55,411 nt of DNA from Crenarchaeota archaeon 13_1_40CM_3_52_10 (GTDB lineage: Archaea; Thermoproteota; Bathyarchaeia; 40CM-2-53-6): NCBI GenBank assembly GCA_001918765.1, contig MNGO01000004.1:1-55411 (forward strand). The letters are read 5' to 3'. A program made the position numbers and the translations under genes. This document shows positions 19,282 through 29,472 of this stretch, piece by piece. Position 1 is the stretch's first letter, and each line of letters starts with the position of its first letter. The notes beneath the pieces were generated by a model. It was given only the letters and a program-made list of their open reading frames with translations, was not told the DNA's origin and made no database searches.

Positions 19282-20616
19282 TTGGAGCCGTGGGATATCA
19301 CGATTATAGGTGGAGGCATCCTTGGGACCTCCGTCTCCTACTGGCTAGCCAACCAGTACGAGGGCCGAATAGCGGTTATTGAGAAGGAGCAGCAGGTAGC
19401 GGTTCACACTTCCAAGAGGAATACTGGAGTCGTCCATCGTCCCTTCTACCTGGACCCTGTCAAGAGACGAGTCTTCGCTCGATCGTCCCAGGCGGCCTAT
19501 GGAATGTGGAAGTCATACGCGAAAGAGCGAGGTCTGCCCTGGTCACCGGTCACGACGTTGGAAGTTGCGACCAGAGAAGAGGATCTCAAGCGGATCGAGA
19601 AGTATTACCACTGGGGCTTGGAGAACGGGATGGGAGAGGACGAGCTAGAGGTTCTGACAGCCGAAGAAGTGCGGAGGCTCGAGCCGCATGTACGGTCTCA
19701 CGGCGCCATATGGTCGAAGACAGACACGTCCGTTGACTATCCTTCCTTCACGCGCTCGTTGCGGGGAGATGCGGAGCGAGAAGGTGTTAGGTTCATTCTT
19801 GGTTTCGAAGTAAAGTCGATCGGAGTAGCGAAAGACTTCTTGGAGATTAAGCCAAAAAATGGTGGCGAGACAATACGAACCCGGTTCCTCCTAAACTGCG
19901 CGGGAGGAAATTCCATGCGCATAGCCCACATGCTGGGCGTCGGAAGAGAATACGCAGACCTCAATTTTCGGGGGGAGTACTGGGAGATAGGAAGACAATG
20001 GACGTATCTGGCAACGAGGAATATCTACACTGTGGCACAACACCCGGAATTACCGTTTCTAGATCCGCACTGGATATGCCGTGCCGATGGTCGTCGGGAG
20101 ATCGGCCCCAACGCCGTCCCGGTGGCCGGACCATACACGTACAAGGGCTTTTTCGAGAACCCGATACAAGCGTTGAAGACGATTCTAGAACCTCCTATGG
20201 TGAATAAGGTCGCTCTTCTTTTCAACAAAGACTTCCTGACTCTGGCCGGGGAGGAATGGAAATCGTCCATCTTCAAGTCAGAAATGGCCAGAAGAGCGCG
20301 AGAATTTATTCCGGAATTTAGACAAGACTACTTGGTAAGGCCGGGGATCGCAGGGGTCCGTGCACAAGTAATAGACCGAAATGGCAACTTCATCAAGGAA
20401 GCTATTGAGATCAAAGGCCCGCTGTCATACCACATTACCAACTATAACTCGCCAGGGGCAACTGGGTCACCTGCCTATGCTGCCTGGCTAGTTGAGAAAC
20501 TCGGTTCCCTAGGCTATATGGGAATTAGAAGGAGAACGTCTGCAACCTTCACTGGACCATGGGATTATGACTCGGTCAACAGCATGGTGAGCGACTCACC
20601 GAGGATAATCGCGTAG
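19282..20616 (+). CDS. FAD-dependent oxidoreductase, L-2-hydroxyglutarate oxidase-like
   Basis: IIGGGILG, HTSKRNTGVVH, FRGEYW, GPNAV, GVRAQ, SPGAT. Confidence 0.88.
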   Translation: MEPWDITIIGGGILGTSVSYWLANQYEGRIAVIEKEQQVAVHTSKRNTGVVHRPFYLDPVKRRVFARSSQAAYGMWKSYAKERGLPWSPVTTLEVATREEDLKRIEKYYHWGLENGMGEDELEVLTAEEVRRLEPHVRSHGAIWSKTDTSVDYPSFTRSLRGDAEREGVRFILGFEVKSIGVAKDFLEIKPKNGGETIRTRFLLNCAGGNSMRIAHMLGVGREYADLNFRGEYWEIGRQWTYLATRNIYTVAQHPELPFLDPHWICRADGRREIGPNAVPVAGPYTYKGFFENPIQALKTILEPPMVNKVALLFNKDFLTLAGEEWKSSIFKSEMARRAREFIPEFRQDYLVRPGIAGVRAQVIDRNGNFIKEAIEIKGPLSYHITNYNSPGATGSPAYAAWLVEKLGSLGYMGIRRRTSATFTGPWDYDSVNSMVSDSPRIIA

Positions 20617-20655
20617 GAAGCGCAGTCGAGCAAAATCGTCCCCCGACTTCGTCTC

Positions 20656-21360
20656 TCAGGGTATGGAGTATCTGAAGTTCTTCCATATCCCGGTTGCGCC
20701 TTGTCCGTGGACCGACACGCTTCCCTTCTCCGGATCTACAGGCTTGAGGGTGAAGAGCCCCCAGCCAACGGTGATGTTCTTGGGAGCAACGGGAATATTC
20801 TCTGTTTTGAAGAAGGGTTTCCCATCGACAATCCATTCTGCTAGCTTCTTTTGAGCATCGATTCTTACCATGTAGTGATGCATCATTTCGGGCTTCGTTT
20901 TGATCCCTGAGAATGGCGCCTCAATAAGATAGGTGAAAGCTGTCTTCTCATCCGTCACACCAGGAATGAGAAGTCGCTCGTAGATTGCTCCAATCTTTTT
21001 TCCCGTGGTGACGAAGTCGAATATCATTCCGGTCTCAAAGTCCATGAGTATGAGGCCCGCGAACGCGTCTTGCAGATCCTCCGCGTTACTTCTGTAGGTT
21101 TCTGCTCCCATCTCTGCCTCAAACACGGTGACTTGGTCCCGCGAAACTGGGAATGTGCGAGTGGATGCGTAGAGTTGTTTGGGATCGTCGAACATGTGGA
21201 TCTTGTCATGCTTTCGGGTGAACGGATCAACTGTAAGAGCGAGACCGGCATTCCTGGATGAAATCTTGGCCTTTGGTTCTTCCCAGACCCAATTCTCGCC
21301 GTTGCCCATGGGGAAGCTCATGATCTTCCATTTCGAAGGGTCAACACGACCCTTCGACAT
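20656..21360 (-). CDS. Conserved hypothetical beta-rich protein (DUF6081-like)
   Basis: WEEP, VDPFTRKHD, DDPKQLY, DFETGMIFDF, YERL, HGQG motifs recognised from memory. Confidence 0.65.
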   Translation of the reverse strand: MSKGRVDPSKWKIMSFPMGNGENWVWEEPKAKISSRNAGLALTVDPFTRKHDKIHMFDDPKQLYASTRTFPVSRDQVTVFEAEMGAETYRSNAEDLQDAFAGLILMDFETGMIFDFVTTGKKIGAIYERLLIPGVTDEKTAFTYLIEAPFSGIKTKPEMMHHYMVRIDAQKKLAEWIVDGKPFFKTENIPVAPKNITVGWGLFTLKPVDPEKGSVSVHGQGATGIWKNFRYSIP

Positions 21361-21469
21361 ATCATCGTAAAGACTGGTTTCCGTTTTCAACAAGGCTGTC
21401 TCAAGCCGGGGCGAGATACGGATTTAATTCTTCTGAAAATGCTTCACACGTAAGTATTAGAGAAATCAT

Positions 21470-21907
21470 TCAGGGATGAGGTTCGCCCTTGGGTTCCCAA
21501 AGCTCAATCCTATTGCCCTCGGGATCAATGATCCATCCGAACTCGCCCGTATTCGTATTCCTGTGCTTTGTCGTCGACCTTCACGCCTTCCCGCTTGAGC
21601 TGAGCTAGAAGCCCGTCAAGATCATTGACCCGGAAGTTGATCATGAACGGTGCGGCACTCGGGTCAAAATACTTCGTGTCATGAAGAAAAATTGACCGGA
21701 CACAGTGTAGCCAACCCGTTTGGCATCATCTTTTTCTCGCCATTGAAGCATCTTCGCACTGGACCCTTCGCTTTCTGGTTTGATTCCCAGATGGTTTGTG
21801 TACAATGACATTAGTTTTCCAGGGTCTTCGGCTTTGAAGAAGACCCCTCCGATGCCCGTTACTCGGGTCGTCCTGGATGTGTGATCCTTTGGATGTTGCT
21901 TGCTCAT
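21470..21907 (-). pseudogene. VOC/glyoxalase family pseudogene with two frameshifts
   Basis: RVTGIGGVFFK.. | DTKYFDPS..PFMINFRVNDLD.. | FGWIIDPEGNRIELWEP; shifts near 21698 (+2) and 21546 (+1), with a stop at 21641 in between. Confidence 0.85.
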
Positions 21908-21913
21908 GGTGAT

Positions 21914-22441
21914 TCATTTCACAAGTTTGTCCCGGGATAATTTTGATCGAGATAAGACCTTCCTCTTCAGCTCGGTTCCGCATACTCTACACGTCTTCTC
22001 CGGTCCCCTTGATCTTCGATGGCATGCGGGGCAGTACATTATCCAGTCAAACTTGTGAGCTATACCAAAATTCGCGAGTGACCCATAGGTTAGATGAAGA
22101 TGCTCGGCCATGTTCTGCACCGCATAATCGTCGCTGACAATCACAGGGTCTTGCCCATCCTGTTTCAGATCGAGAGCCAGAGCGACGACCTCGCGATCGG
22201 CCTGCGAAACATGTCCCCTCTCACCAGCCTTAGTGCTGACTTGCTCAACTGATTCCAATGCGCGAGGAGATGGCGACCTGAGAGTGACTGTACCCTTCTC
22301 CTTGTTCACATGAAATCGCAGCTGTGTCATCGTACCCTTCGACAGCTCATCTTCTACGGCTTGAACCGTGTAGACCTCTCCTGGCCGGGTTGGGTTGAAG
22401 CCCATTATGAATGCCGAGGTATCTAGAACCAGCACTTTCAA
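21914..22441 (-). CDS. nob1: Nob1 rRNA maturation endonuclease
   Basis: PIN domain VLDTSAFI, SDDYAVQN, C-terminal CPAC/CRVC zinc ribbon. Confidence 0.92.
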   Translation of the reverse strand: MKVLVLDTSAFIMGFNPTRPGEVYTVQAVEDELSKGTMTQLRFHVNKEKGTVTLRSPSPRALESVEQVSTKAGERGHVSQADREVVALALDLKQDGQDPVIVSDDYAVQNMAEHLHLTYGSLANFGIAHKFDWIMYCPACHRRSRGPEKTCRVCGTELKRKVLSRSKLSRDKLVK

Positions 22442-23277
22442 CCATTTTCCCTTTCGGAGGACAATCTTCTGAGACTCCTCTGGAGGAATGAGTCGCCGAA
22501 CCTGACGAAAAACGTGCTGTTGCCCGATTTTCTAAACGATAACGATTGTCCGATCCTTATTTCCCGCTCAAGACGGCCGTCTATGACCAGGTTCGCGCTT
22601 GGACCCGGTTCCGCCACGCGCAACTGCACTCCTGCCTTCACTGGTGCTACGATGGACTTGACTGGTTGGAGAGGAGCAATCAGCGTTAACGATACGCTCT
22701 CCATCGAGGTTTCGAGAACGGGCCCTCCTGCGGAGAAAGAGTGAGCTGTGGATCCTGTTGGGGTGGAGACGATGACTCCATCGGCTCTGGCCTGGAAAAC
22801 TCGTTTACCTCGAAGGGTTAGGTTCAGGTTGAGCATTTTCGCGGGTATGGTTGGAAGGAGGAGCGCCTCGTTGAGGGCTTCGCCCACAAGCCGGTTATTG
22901 TGCAGAACTGATAGCTTCCATTGCTCCTCTACCTCGTAGTCGCCTTTCTCCCACCTGGTGAAAGCTGCTTCGAACCCGGACGGTTCCACCTCGGTAAGGT
23001 AGCCCCTGCGGCCCATGTTTACCGCCAGAAGCGGGGTCCTCGGTTTTAGCATCTCCTTCGCGGCCTTGAGGACGGTGCCGTCTCCTCCTATCGTCACTAG
23101 GAGATCGATCTCCATTCGCTTGAGCGGCTTGCTTCCTGGAATCTTCGCATCCTTTCCTAGTTCTTCGTCGGGGATGGATCTAAAGCCGTGTTGCTCGATG
23201 ATTCCGTGAATCTTCCTAGCCTCTTTGTAGATTTCTTTGGAGCCTTTCTTGGCTAGGATGCCGACAGTCTTGGGCAT
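22438..23277 (-). CDS. nadK: NAD(+) kinase
   Basis: GGDGT, ALNE, DGVIVSTPTGSTA, SAGGP. Confidence 0.95.
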   Translation of the reverse strand: MPKTVGILAKKGSKEIYKEARKIHGIIEQHGFRSIPDEELGKDAKIPGSKPLKRMEIDLLVTIGGDGTVLKAAKEMLKPRTPLLAVNMGRRGYLTEVEPSGFEAAFTRWEKGDYEVEEQWKLSVLHNNRLVGEALNEALLLPTIPAKMLNLNLTLRGKRVFQARADGVIVSTPTGSTAHSFSAGGPVLETSMESVSLTLIAPLQPVKSIVAPVKAGVQLRVAEPGPSANLVIDGRLEREIRIGQSLSFRKSGNSTFFVRFGDSFLQRSLRRLSSERENG

Positions 23278-23402
23278 GATGGTTCAGACTGATGGTGGAC
23301 TGAAACGGACCACTTGAAAAGAATTCTCTAGGAATATGCTTCCATTCACGCGAAGTCTTTTAGATGCAGTCCTAGGACCGCTCGCCGTCGGGTCCCAGTT
23401 TC

Positions 23403-23798
23403 ATGAGCAAGCCGGTCGAAGTTGGCAGTTTGAAGATTGGCCAGTACGTCCTCATTGATGGTGAACCCTGCAAGATTGTGGAATTCGAAAAGTCCAAGCC
23501 CGGCAAGCACGGCTCCGCTAAGGCAAGGATTGTGGCGATAAGTGCGTTTACCGGCGTGAAGAAGAATCTCATCAGCCCGGTCGACGGCAAGGCAGAGGTC
23601 CCGCTCATCGACAAGAGGACGGGACAGGTGCTTTCCATCTCGGGGAACCTTCTCCAGGTAATGGATATGGAGAATTATCAGACGTTCGAGACACCAATGC
23701 CTGATGATGAGGATCTGAAAAAGCAGATGGCTTCGGGAATCGAGGTCGAGTACTGGGCCGTTATGGGACGGAACATGGTCGTCCGCCGAAAGGGCTGA
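23403..23798 (+). CDS. eif5A: Translation factor aIF-5A
   Basis: Hypusine motif SKPGKHGSAK. Confidence 0.98.
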   Translation: MSKPVEVGSLKIGQYVLIDGEPCKIVEFEKSKPGKHGSAKARIVAISAFTGVKKNLISPVDGKAEVPLIDKRTGQVLSISGNLLQVMDMENYQTFETPMPDDEDLKKQMASGIEVEYWAVMGRNMVVRRKG

Positions 23799-23838
23799 GC
23801 TGCTCATTTCGAGTAAGGTTCCTTCAAAAGTTAGACAC

Positions 23839-24771
23839 TTGCGGCTTTGGCCGGGAATGACCGCTGACGCCCTGGTCCGAGAGATGGGCGCTACCGGAGT
23901 ACTTGGCGGAGGCAGGATAGGTGCTGCGGCTGACGTTGTCGAAGATATGTTCCGAGGAACAGATTTCACAAACTTCCTGACGCTTGCCGGTCCAATGGTC
24001 CCTTCGGGGTTTAGGCTTCTCATTGGGGATCTTATCGACCGAGGATTTCTGGACGCGATCGTAACTAATGGGGCAAACTTGACCCATGACGTGATCGAGG
24101 CACTGGGTTTGCACCATTACCAAGGCACGTTTCAGGTTGACGATCGCCTCTTGATCAGGAAGGGGTATAGTCGAATCGCAGATATTTTCGTGAAGGAGAA
24201 ATCGTTCGAGATTCTGGACAAGACTGTCAGAAGGCTGCTGGCAGAGATTCCTGTTGACGAGAGACGTGGAGTATCGGTCTCAGATCTTCTCCGGAAAATA
24301 GGCCTACTCTTGCAGGATAGGAATTCAATCCTCTACAAAGCCGCTCGAAACAAGGTCAAAATCTTCTCACCCGGCTTGTTAGACTCGATCTTGGGGCTCA
24401 GCCTCTGGAGCTTCTCCCAGACAGAAATGCTCCAGTTGAACCCGATGGCCGACGTGACCAACATGGTAGAAATGGCGATGACCTCGAAAAAACTCGGGGT
24501 CCTGATTCTAGGGGGAGGACTACCGAAGCACCACACTCTCTTGGCAAGTGTTCTTAGGGAGGGAGTTGATGCTGCAGTCCAGATTACTGCCGATAGACCA
24601 GAGCCGGGGGGATTGAGCGGTGCTCCCTTGACAGAATCGATCAGCTGGAGAAAAATCCGGAAAGGAGGAAAGTTCGTGGACGTATACGGCGATGCAACTG
24701 TATGCTTTCCACTGATAATCGCCGCGGTTCTGGGGAAGGTTAAGAAGCGCGTGAGAACTTCTAGAGAGTAG
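23839..24771 (+). CDS. dys: Deoxyhypusine synthase (start may lie up to ~40 nt upstream)
   Basis: GANLTHD, GGGLPKH, GGLSGA..ESISWRK, GDATV; directly follows aIF-5A. Confidence 0.93.
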   Translation: MRLWPGMTADALVREMGATGVLGGGRIGAAADVVEDMFRGTDFTNFLTLAGPMVPSGFRLLIGDLIDRGFLDAIVTNGANLTHDVIEALGLHHYQGTFQVDDRLLIRKGYSRIADIFVKEKSFEILDKTVRRLLAEIPVDERRGVSVSDLLRKIGLLLQDRNSILYKAARNKVKIFSPGLLDSILGLSLWSFSQTEMLQLNPMADVTNMVEMAMTSKKLGVLILGGGLPKHHTLLASVLREGVDAAVQITADRPEPGGLSGAPLTESISWRKIRKGGKFVDVYGDATVCFPLIIAAVLGKVKKRVRTSRE

Positions 24772-24773
24772 TC

Positions 24774-26096
24774 TTGGAAACGGTTGGCCGTTCTCTCACT
24801 GACGCAGTCCGCAAAATGTTGCGGATGCCGAACGTGGACGAGAAGGCGATCAAGGAACTAGTGAAAGACCTGCAGAGGACGCTACTGCAGGCGGACGTGA
24901 ACGTCGAACTCGTTCTTCAGCTGTCCAAGGCTGTCGAGGATCGTTCTCTCAAGGAGAAGCTTCCCCCGGGAATAACCCGCAGAGAACATGTTGTCAAGGT
25001 TCTCTACGAGGAAATGACCAAGTTTGTTGGTCAAGATCCTGCGAAGGTCGAAGTTCAACCCGGAGCATTCCGCAAGCTCATGCTCGTTGGGATTCAGGGC
25101 ACAGGAAAGACGACCAGCTCGGTGAAACTGGCACGGTTCTTCCAGAAGAGAGGATTGAGAGTAGGCATTGTCGGAGCCGACACCTACCGGCCAGGCGCGC
25201 TTGAACAACTGAAGCAGTTAGCGGCCACAGTGGAGATTCCAGTTTACGGCGAGCCGGGCAACAAGAAGCCCGAGGACATCGCGAAGCACGGTCTCGACCA
25301 CTATCGGAAGGAGAAGACTGACTTGGTGATCATCGACACTGCGGGACGTCACAGGAATGAGCGGGACCTGATGGACGAGATGAAAAGAATTGCTTCTGCA
25401 GTAAAGCCAGACGAGATCGTGTTGGCTATCGACGCGACGATAGGACAACAAGCGATTACCCAGGCCCGTGCGTTTCACGAAGCAACACCCGTCGGGTCAG
25501 TTCTGTTGACAAAGATGGATGGGTCTGCAAAGGGAGGAGGAGCACTCTCTGCCGTCGCTGGGACCGGTTCGAAGGTAAAATTCATCGGAACCGGAGAACG
25601 AGTGGAGGACCTGGAGCAGTTCGTCCCGACAGATTTTGTCGGGCGGCTCTTGGGAATGGGCGACTTGAACGCACTTCTGGAGAAAGTGAAGGAGGCGGAG
25701 GTGCAGGTTCCGGAGGCGAAAGTCAAGCAGTTCATGGAGGGCAGGTTCACCTTGAAGGACATGTTTGATCAGATGGAGAATCTTCGCAAAATGGGGCCGC
25801 TGAGAAAAGTTCTCCAAATGATTCCTGGAGGCGTGAACCTTCCCGAGGAGCAGTTGGGAGTGGCGGAGGAGAAGATGAAAGCATGGAGAGTTATCATTCA
25901 GTCAATGACGAAAAAAGAACTTGCAGAGCCGCGGTTAGTAGACAGCTCTAGGTCGAAGAGGATTGCGCGAGGAGCCGGACGGCCAGAACGCGAGGTGCGG
26001 GAACTAGTCAACCAGTACTTTACGATGAGGAAGATGATGAAACAGATGAAAAGGCGCGGGCCAATGATGAAGGGCATGCCTTTCATGAAGAAATAA
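24774..26096 (+). CDS. srp54: Signal recognition particle protein SRP54
   Basis: GIQGTGKTT, DTAGRH, TKMD, AKGGG, Met-rich M domain with RIARGAG. Confidence 0.98.
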   Translation: METVGRSLTDAVRKMLRMPNVDEKAIKELVKDLQRTLLQADVNVELVLQLSKAVEDRSLKEKLPPGITRREHVVKVLYEEMTKFVGQDPAKVEVQPGAFRKLMLVGIQGTGKTTSSVKLARFFQKRGLRVGIVGADTYRPGALEQLKQLAATVEIPVYGEPGNKKPEDIAKHGLDHYRKEKTDLVIIDTAGRHRNERDLMDEMKRIASAVKPDEIVLAIDATIGQQAITQARAFHEATPVGSVLLTKMDGSAKGGGALSAVAGTGSKVKFIGTGERVEDLEQFVPTDFVGRLLGMGDLNALLEKVKEAEVQVPEAKVKQFMEGRFTLKDMFDQMENLRKMGPLRKVLQMIPGGVNLPEEQLGVAEEKMKAWRVIIQSMTKKELAEPRLVDSSRSKRIARGAGRPEREVRELVNQYFTMRKMMKQMKRRGPMMKGMPFMKK

Positions 26097-26145
26097 TTCG
26101 TGGGAATGGGTTCTTTCGAACATTGGTTGGGGGAGAACCAAGAAT

Positions 26146-26502
26146 TCAGGCCTTGCGATGATCATGCAGGTCCACCATGTTTCCCCACGGGTCCGTAAGC
26201 GTGCCTGAGTTCTTTCCCTTGCGTTTGACCGAGTATCCTTTCTTCTCCAACTGATCGGCGGCCTCTTCGAAGTTGAAGACGTGAAGGCTGATCGGAGTAA
26301 CGTTCGCGTCCCGGAGAACTAAGGGCGTGATTTTCGGGGTCTTGTAGAGCGTCAACTCGCCCAGCTTTGTCGTGATGACACTCCATTCAGGTGATTGTTC
26401 TTTGAGTTCGAAACCGAGCGCGTCCCGGTATAGCTTGATTGCCTCTTCCATATTCCCGACTTGGAGGATGATGTGGCCGATGTCACTCACGAGCTTGGGC
26501 AA
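26146..26502 (-). CDS. VOC/glyoxalase family protein
   Basis: IGHIILQV.NMEEAIKLYRDALG, DPWGN; start TTG 26502 or GTG 26490 rather than 26781. Confidence 0.85.
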   Translation of the reverse strand: MPKLVSDIGHIILQVGNMEEAIKLYRDALGFELKEQSPEWSVITTKLGELTLYKTPKITPLVLRDANVTPISLHVFNFEEAADQLEKKGYSVKRKGKNSGTLTDPWGNMVDLHDHRKA

Positions 26503-26504
26503 GT

Positions 26505-26912
26505 CTAGTTCCTTTGATTGCCGGAGGAATTTGCTTGGTCCTTGCGTTCGAGGCCCGACTTCAGTTTCTCCTCTTCTTTCTCGATATAGGCAAAGCCTTC
26601 TTTCAGGACTGAGCCGAACAAGGGTCCGAAAGTGAACGTGATTGCGGATATCGCGGCGCCTATCGAGACGAAGGCCATCAGAGAGGCGAACAGTTTCCCT
26701 GCGACTGTCAAGGGCGATAGTGCCGGGCCTTCCGCGGTTGCTAGAAGGGCCATGAAGTAAAACGAGGTCACAGAGTCCCATCCTTCTAAGAGCATCATAC
26801 CGATGGTTCCAATAGCCATCACGATGGCTAGAACTACAATTGAGAAGAATGCTCGCTTCTTGAACGGAGACAAAGGATGCCGGACAATTCTAGAAATGAC
26901 TCCTTCGTGCAT
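26505..26912 (-). CDS. Minimal 2TM+P-loop ion-channel-like protein
   Basis: TM1-EGWDSVTSFYF-pore helix-P.T.AGKLFAS-TM2 (Ion_trans_2-like), with the filter reading ATAEGP. Confidence 0.7.
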   Translation of the reverse strand: MHEGVISRIVRHPLSPFKKRAFFSIVVLAIVMAIGTIGMMLLEGWDSVTSFYFMALLATAEGPALSPLTVAGKLFASLMAFVSIGAAISAITFTFGPLFGSVLKEGFAYIEKEEEKLKSGLERKDQANSSGNQRN

Positions 26913-27083
26913 AGACGATCACTCGGCTCTCGAAGGATGGAACCTTAGCTCTTTCTATCGACAGTTGCAAGCTCGGAGTCTTCGTCACGGTCTCATCGAT
27001 GTGTCCACGGCGTATGCTTGCGTACCATTTTGCATTGGTCAATTTCGAATCCCTTATCAAACAGCTTCGAGAAATTTTCACTC

Positions 27084-28341
27084 GTGCCTAAGAAAATTAC
27101 AATCAATCTGGAGAATGCCAGACGTCTCGCTGTTACCAAACAGCATCTAGCGGACAAGAGACCCGGTAACCCGGGGGCCCGATGACATTCTCCAAGTAAC
27201 TCGAAGTTTAGGCTGCCTTCAGCTCGATCCGATCAGTGCTGTGGCGCCGAGTCACCTCATAGTTTTGTGGAACAGACTGGGAGACTTCAACACATCTGAT
27301 CTGGACCGGTTACTCTGGAGTGAGAAGAAGCTTTTCGAGTACTGGGCTCATCAAGCATCTATCGTTCTGATGGAAGACTATCCTCTCTACTATTACTTGA
27401 TGAGAGGATACCCTGATGTCTTCCTGAAATCGTTGGGGCCGGTCTGGCAATTGAGAGTCAAGAAATGGCTCAGCAAGAACTCGGACCTGAGAGATTACGT
27501 CCTGACCGAGCTCAAACGTCGAGGACCCCTCTTGTCACGCCAGTTTGAAGACAGGACCCGAACCAAGAATCGTGGGTTCGGTTGGTCATCTTGGAGCGAC
27601 GTCTCTCGAATGCTCTTCCATCTCTTCTTCAAGGGAGAAGTAATGGTTGCTGGCCGTCAAGGTAAGCAGAAGCTATGGGACCTGTCTGAACGGTTCCTTC
27701 CGAGCTGGGTCTCAAAAAAGGAACTCTCCGAGCAGGAGATCGAGTATGAAGCAGTTCAGCGATCTCTCAGAGCTCTCGGTATTGGAACTGAATCAGAATC
27801 AAGCTGGCACTTTCTACGCGGCAGGTATCGAAATTTGAAGGAGACGCTCAAGCAACTGGAAGCGGAATCGAAGATCCAAGCTGTCGATATCACAGACGGA
27901 CCCGTTGGAAAGGGCCAGCGTTACATTCACTCGCAAGACATCCCGTTACTCGGCGATTTAGATTCGGACACGTGGGAGCCAAGGGTATTATTGCTCTCAC
28001 CTTTCGACAACTTGTTTTGCGATAGGGCAAGAACCAAGCTTGTCTTCAATTTCGACTACACCATCGAAATTTACACGCCCCGAAGCAAACGCAAGTATGG
28101 GTACTATGTCCTTCCCATCTTGTATGGCGACGAATTCATCGGGCGTGTGGACCCGCTCATGGACAGGAAGAACGAAAAACTGCTCATCAAAGCAGTATAC
28201 GCTGAACCCCATGCGCCGAAGGGCAAGGATGTCTCGAGAGAAATACGGGACAGTGTGGAACAGCTTTCAGAGTTTCTTGGAGCGAAAGATGCAGTATATT
28301 CCCGCAAGGTTCCGAAGCTTTGGCAGAGCTATCTTCACTAG
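27084..28341 (+). pseudogene. ycaQ: YcaQ/AlkZ (HTH_42) DNA glycosylase with a +1 frameshift
   Basis: GTG 27084 frame (ARRLAVTKQHL) stops near 27184; the +1 frame carries LQLDPISAVAPSH, FEYWAH, LLSPFD, RKYGYYVLP; a G5 run lies at 27173-27177. Confidence 0.82.
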
Positions 28342-28520
28342 GACCAAGATATCAGCTCCGACGGGTCTTGGCCCACTAAACTATCGAATCTCGATATTCT
28401 CGGACTTTGTAATTACGCGGCCTTTTGTAACCTAGTGGTTGGTTTGGAGAAAACGAGCTGAATAAATCGGCGGAATCACGATTAGTTACTTCGAGGAATT
28501 GTCTCAAGAAGGCGAGCCTC

Positions 28521-28877
28521 GTGTCGAGAACATCCCCTTCACAACGCCCCCGAACCACGACACTCTCCGAGGCCACCGTCGAATCATCGAGCCCAAGAAC
28601 TCCACGTGAGAACTACGTGGAAGAGTTCCTCGCGAAATATCCCGACTACAGGAAGGCCTTGTGGTTGGCCGCGAGGAGCGAGGAAGAAGGCCTGGGCAAC
28701 CCGTCCTATCAAGGCTGGCAATGGAGCGATTTGGAAATGCATCCTACGAGGGTCCTGAAGCTGGTAATCGAGGGAGTCGCCAAGATCAGTTTGAGAACGA
28801 GACGGGCGACTTACTATCTTCTCAAGGAACCTGACTTGGTAAAATTCGTCCTCAAGAGTTCTATTCTCGCGAAATAG
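28521..28877 (+). CDS. Small winged-helix-like protein
   Basis: Helical N-terminus, GWQWSDL..HP..VLKLV.EG, then a basic beta-wing (ISLRTRRATYYLL). Confidence 0.7.
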   Translation: MSRTSPSQRPRTTTLSEATVESSSPRTPRENYVEEFLAKYPDYRKALWLAARSEEEGLGNPSYQGWQWSDLEMHPTRVLKLVIEGVAKISLRTRRATYYLLKEPDLVKFVLKSSILAK

Positions 28878-28920
28878 TCAGAATTGTACTCACGCAAGAC
28901 GCGATAGCTCGAGTCGAGGG

Positions 28921-29391
28921 CTATTCTGAGACTCTCGCAATCTCCAGAATCTTGGCGAAATCCTCTAGGCCGCTCGCATAGTTGGCGTCTTCGCCATTCC
29001 ATACAGAGCGTTTGCTCAGTATCAGCTCTTTTGCTTCTCGAAGAGGGATTCCGCAATGTACGAGGTAGGCCGCTGCGCAAGTTGGGCTCCTGCCGAGTCC
29101 CATCTTGCAATGCAAGTACACCTTCCGCCCTCCACGAACATGTTGCTCGATGAGTCGGGAGACGAGTCGGAGCTGGCTTACTGGAACCGCGGAAAAAGTC
29201 TCTTCGATCCTTGGGGTCCGATCCTCGTATTGCAAGCCGAGTTTTTTCGACCACTCCTCCTCCCGTGGGTTTCTCGTAAGATCGACAATCACGGCCTTAC
29301 TTCCGCTGAGTTTCTTGATCTCTTCGAGGTCCGCTAGCGTAGGTGCTGCTCCTACCCACAATTCGTTGGCCAGAATCTCGGTGAAGTCCAA
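28921..29391 (-). CDS. Dual-specificity protein phosphatase family
   Basis: LWVG, VYLHCKMGLGRS (HCxxGxxR). Confidence 0.92.
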   Translation of the reverse strand: MDFTEILANELWVGAAPTLADLEEIKKLSGSKAVIVDLTRNPREEEWSKKLGLQYEDRTPRIEETFSAVPVSQLRLVSRLIEQHVRGGRKVYLHCKMGLGRSPTCAAAYLVHCGIPLREAKELILSKRSVWNGEDANYASGLEDFAKILEIARVSE

Positions 29392-29472
29392 CCAGTCTCT
29401 CGCTCTCTTATGATGAGCATTCGGTGAGGCGAGTAGTCATAGTCTCCTCGCAGAGGCTCGCCTGCAACCGTT

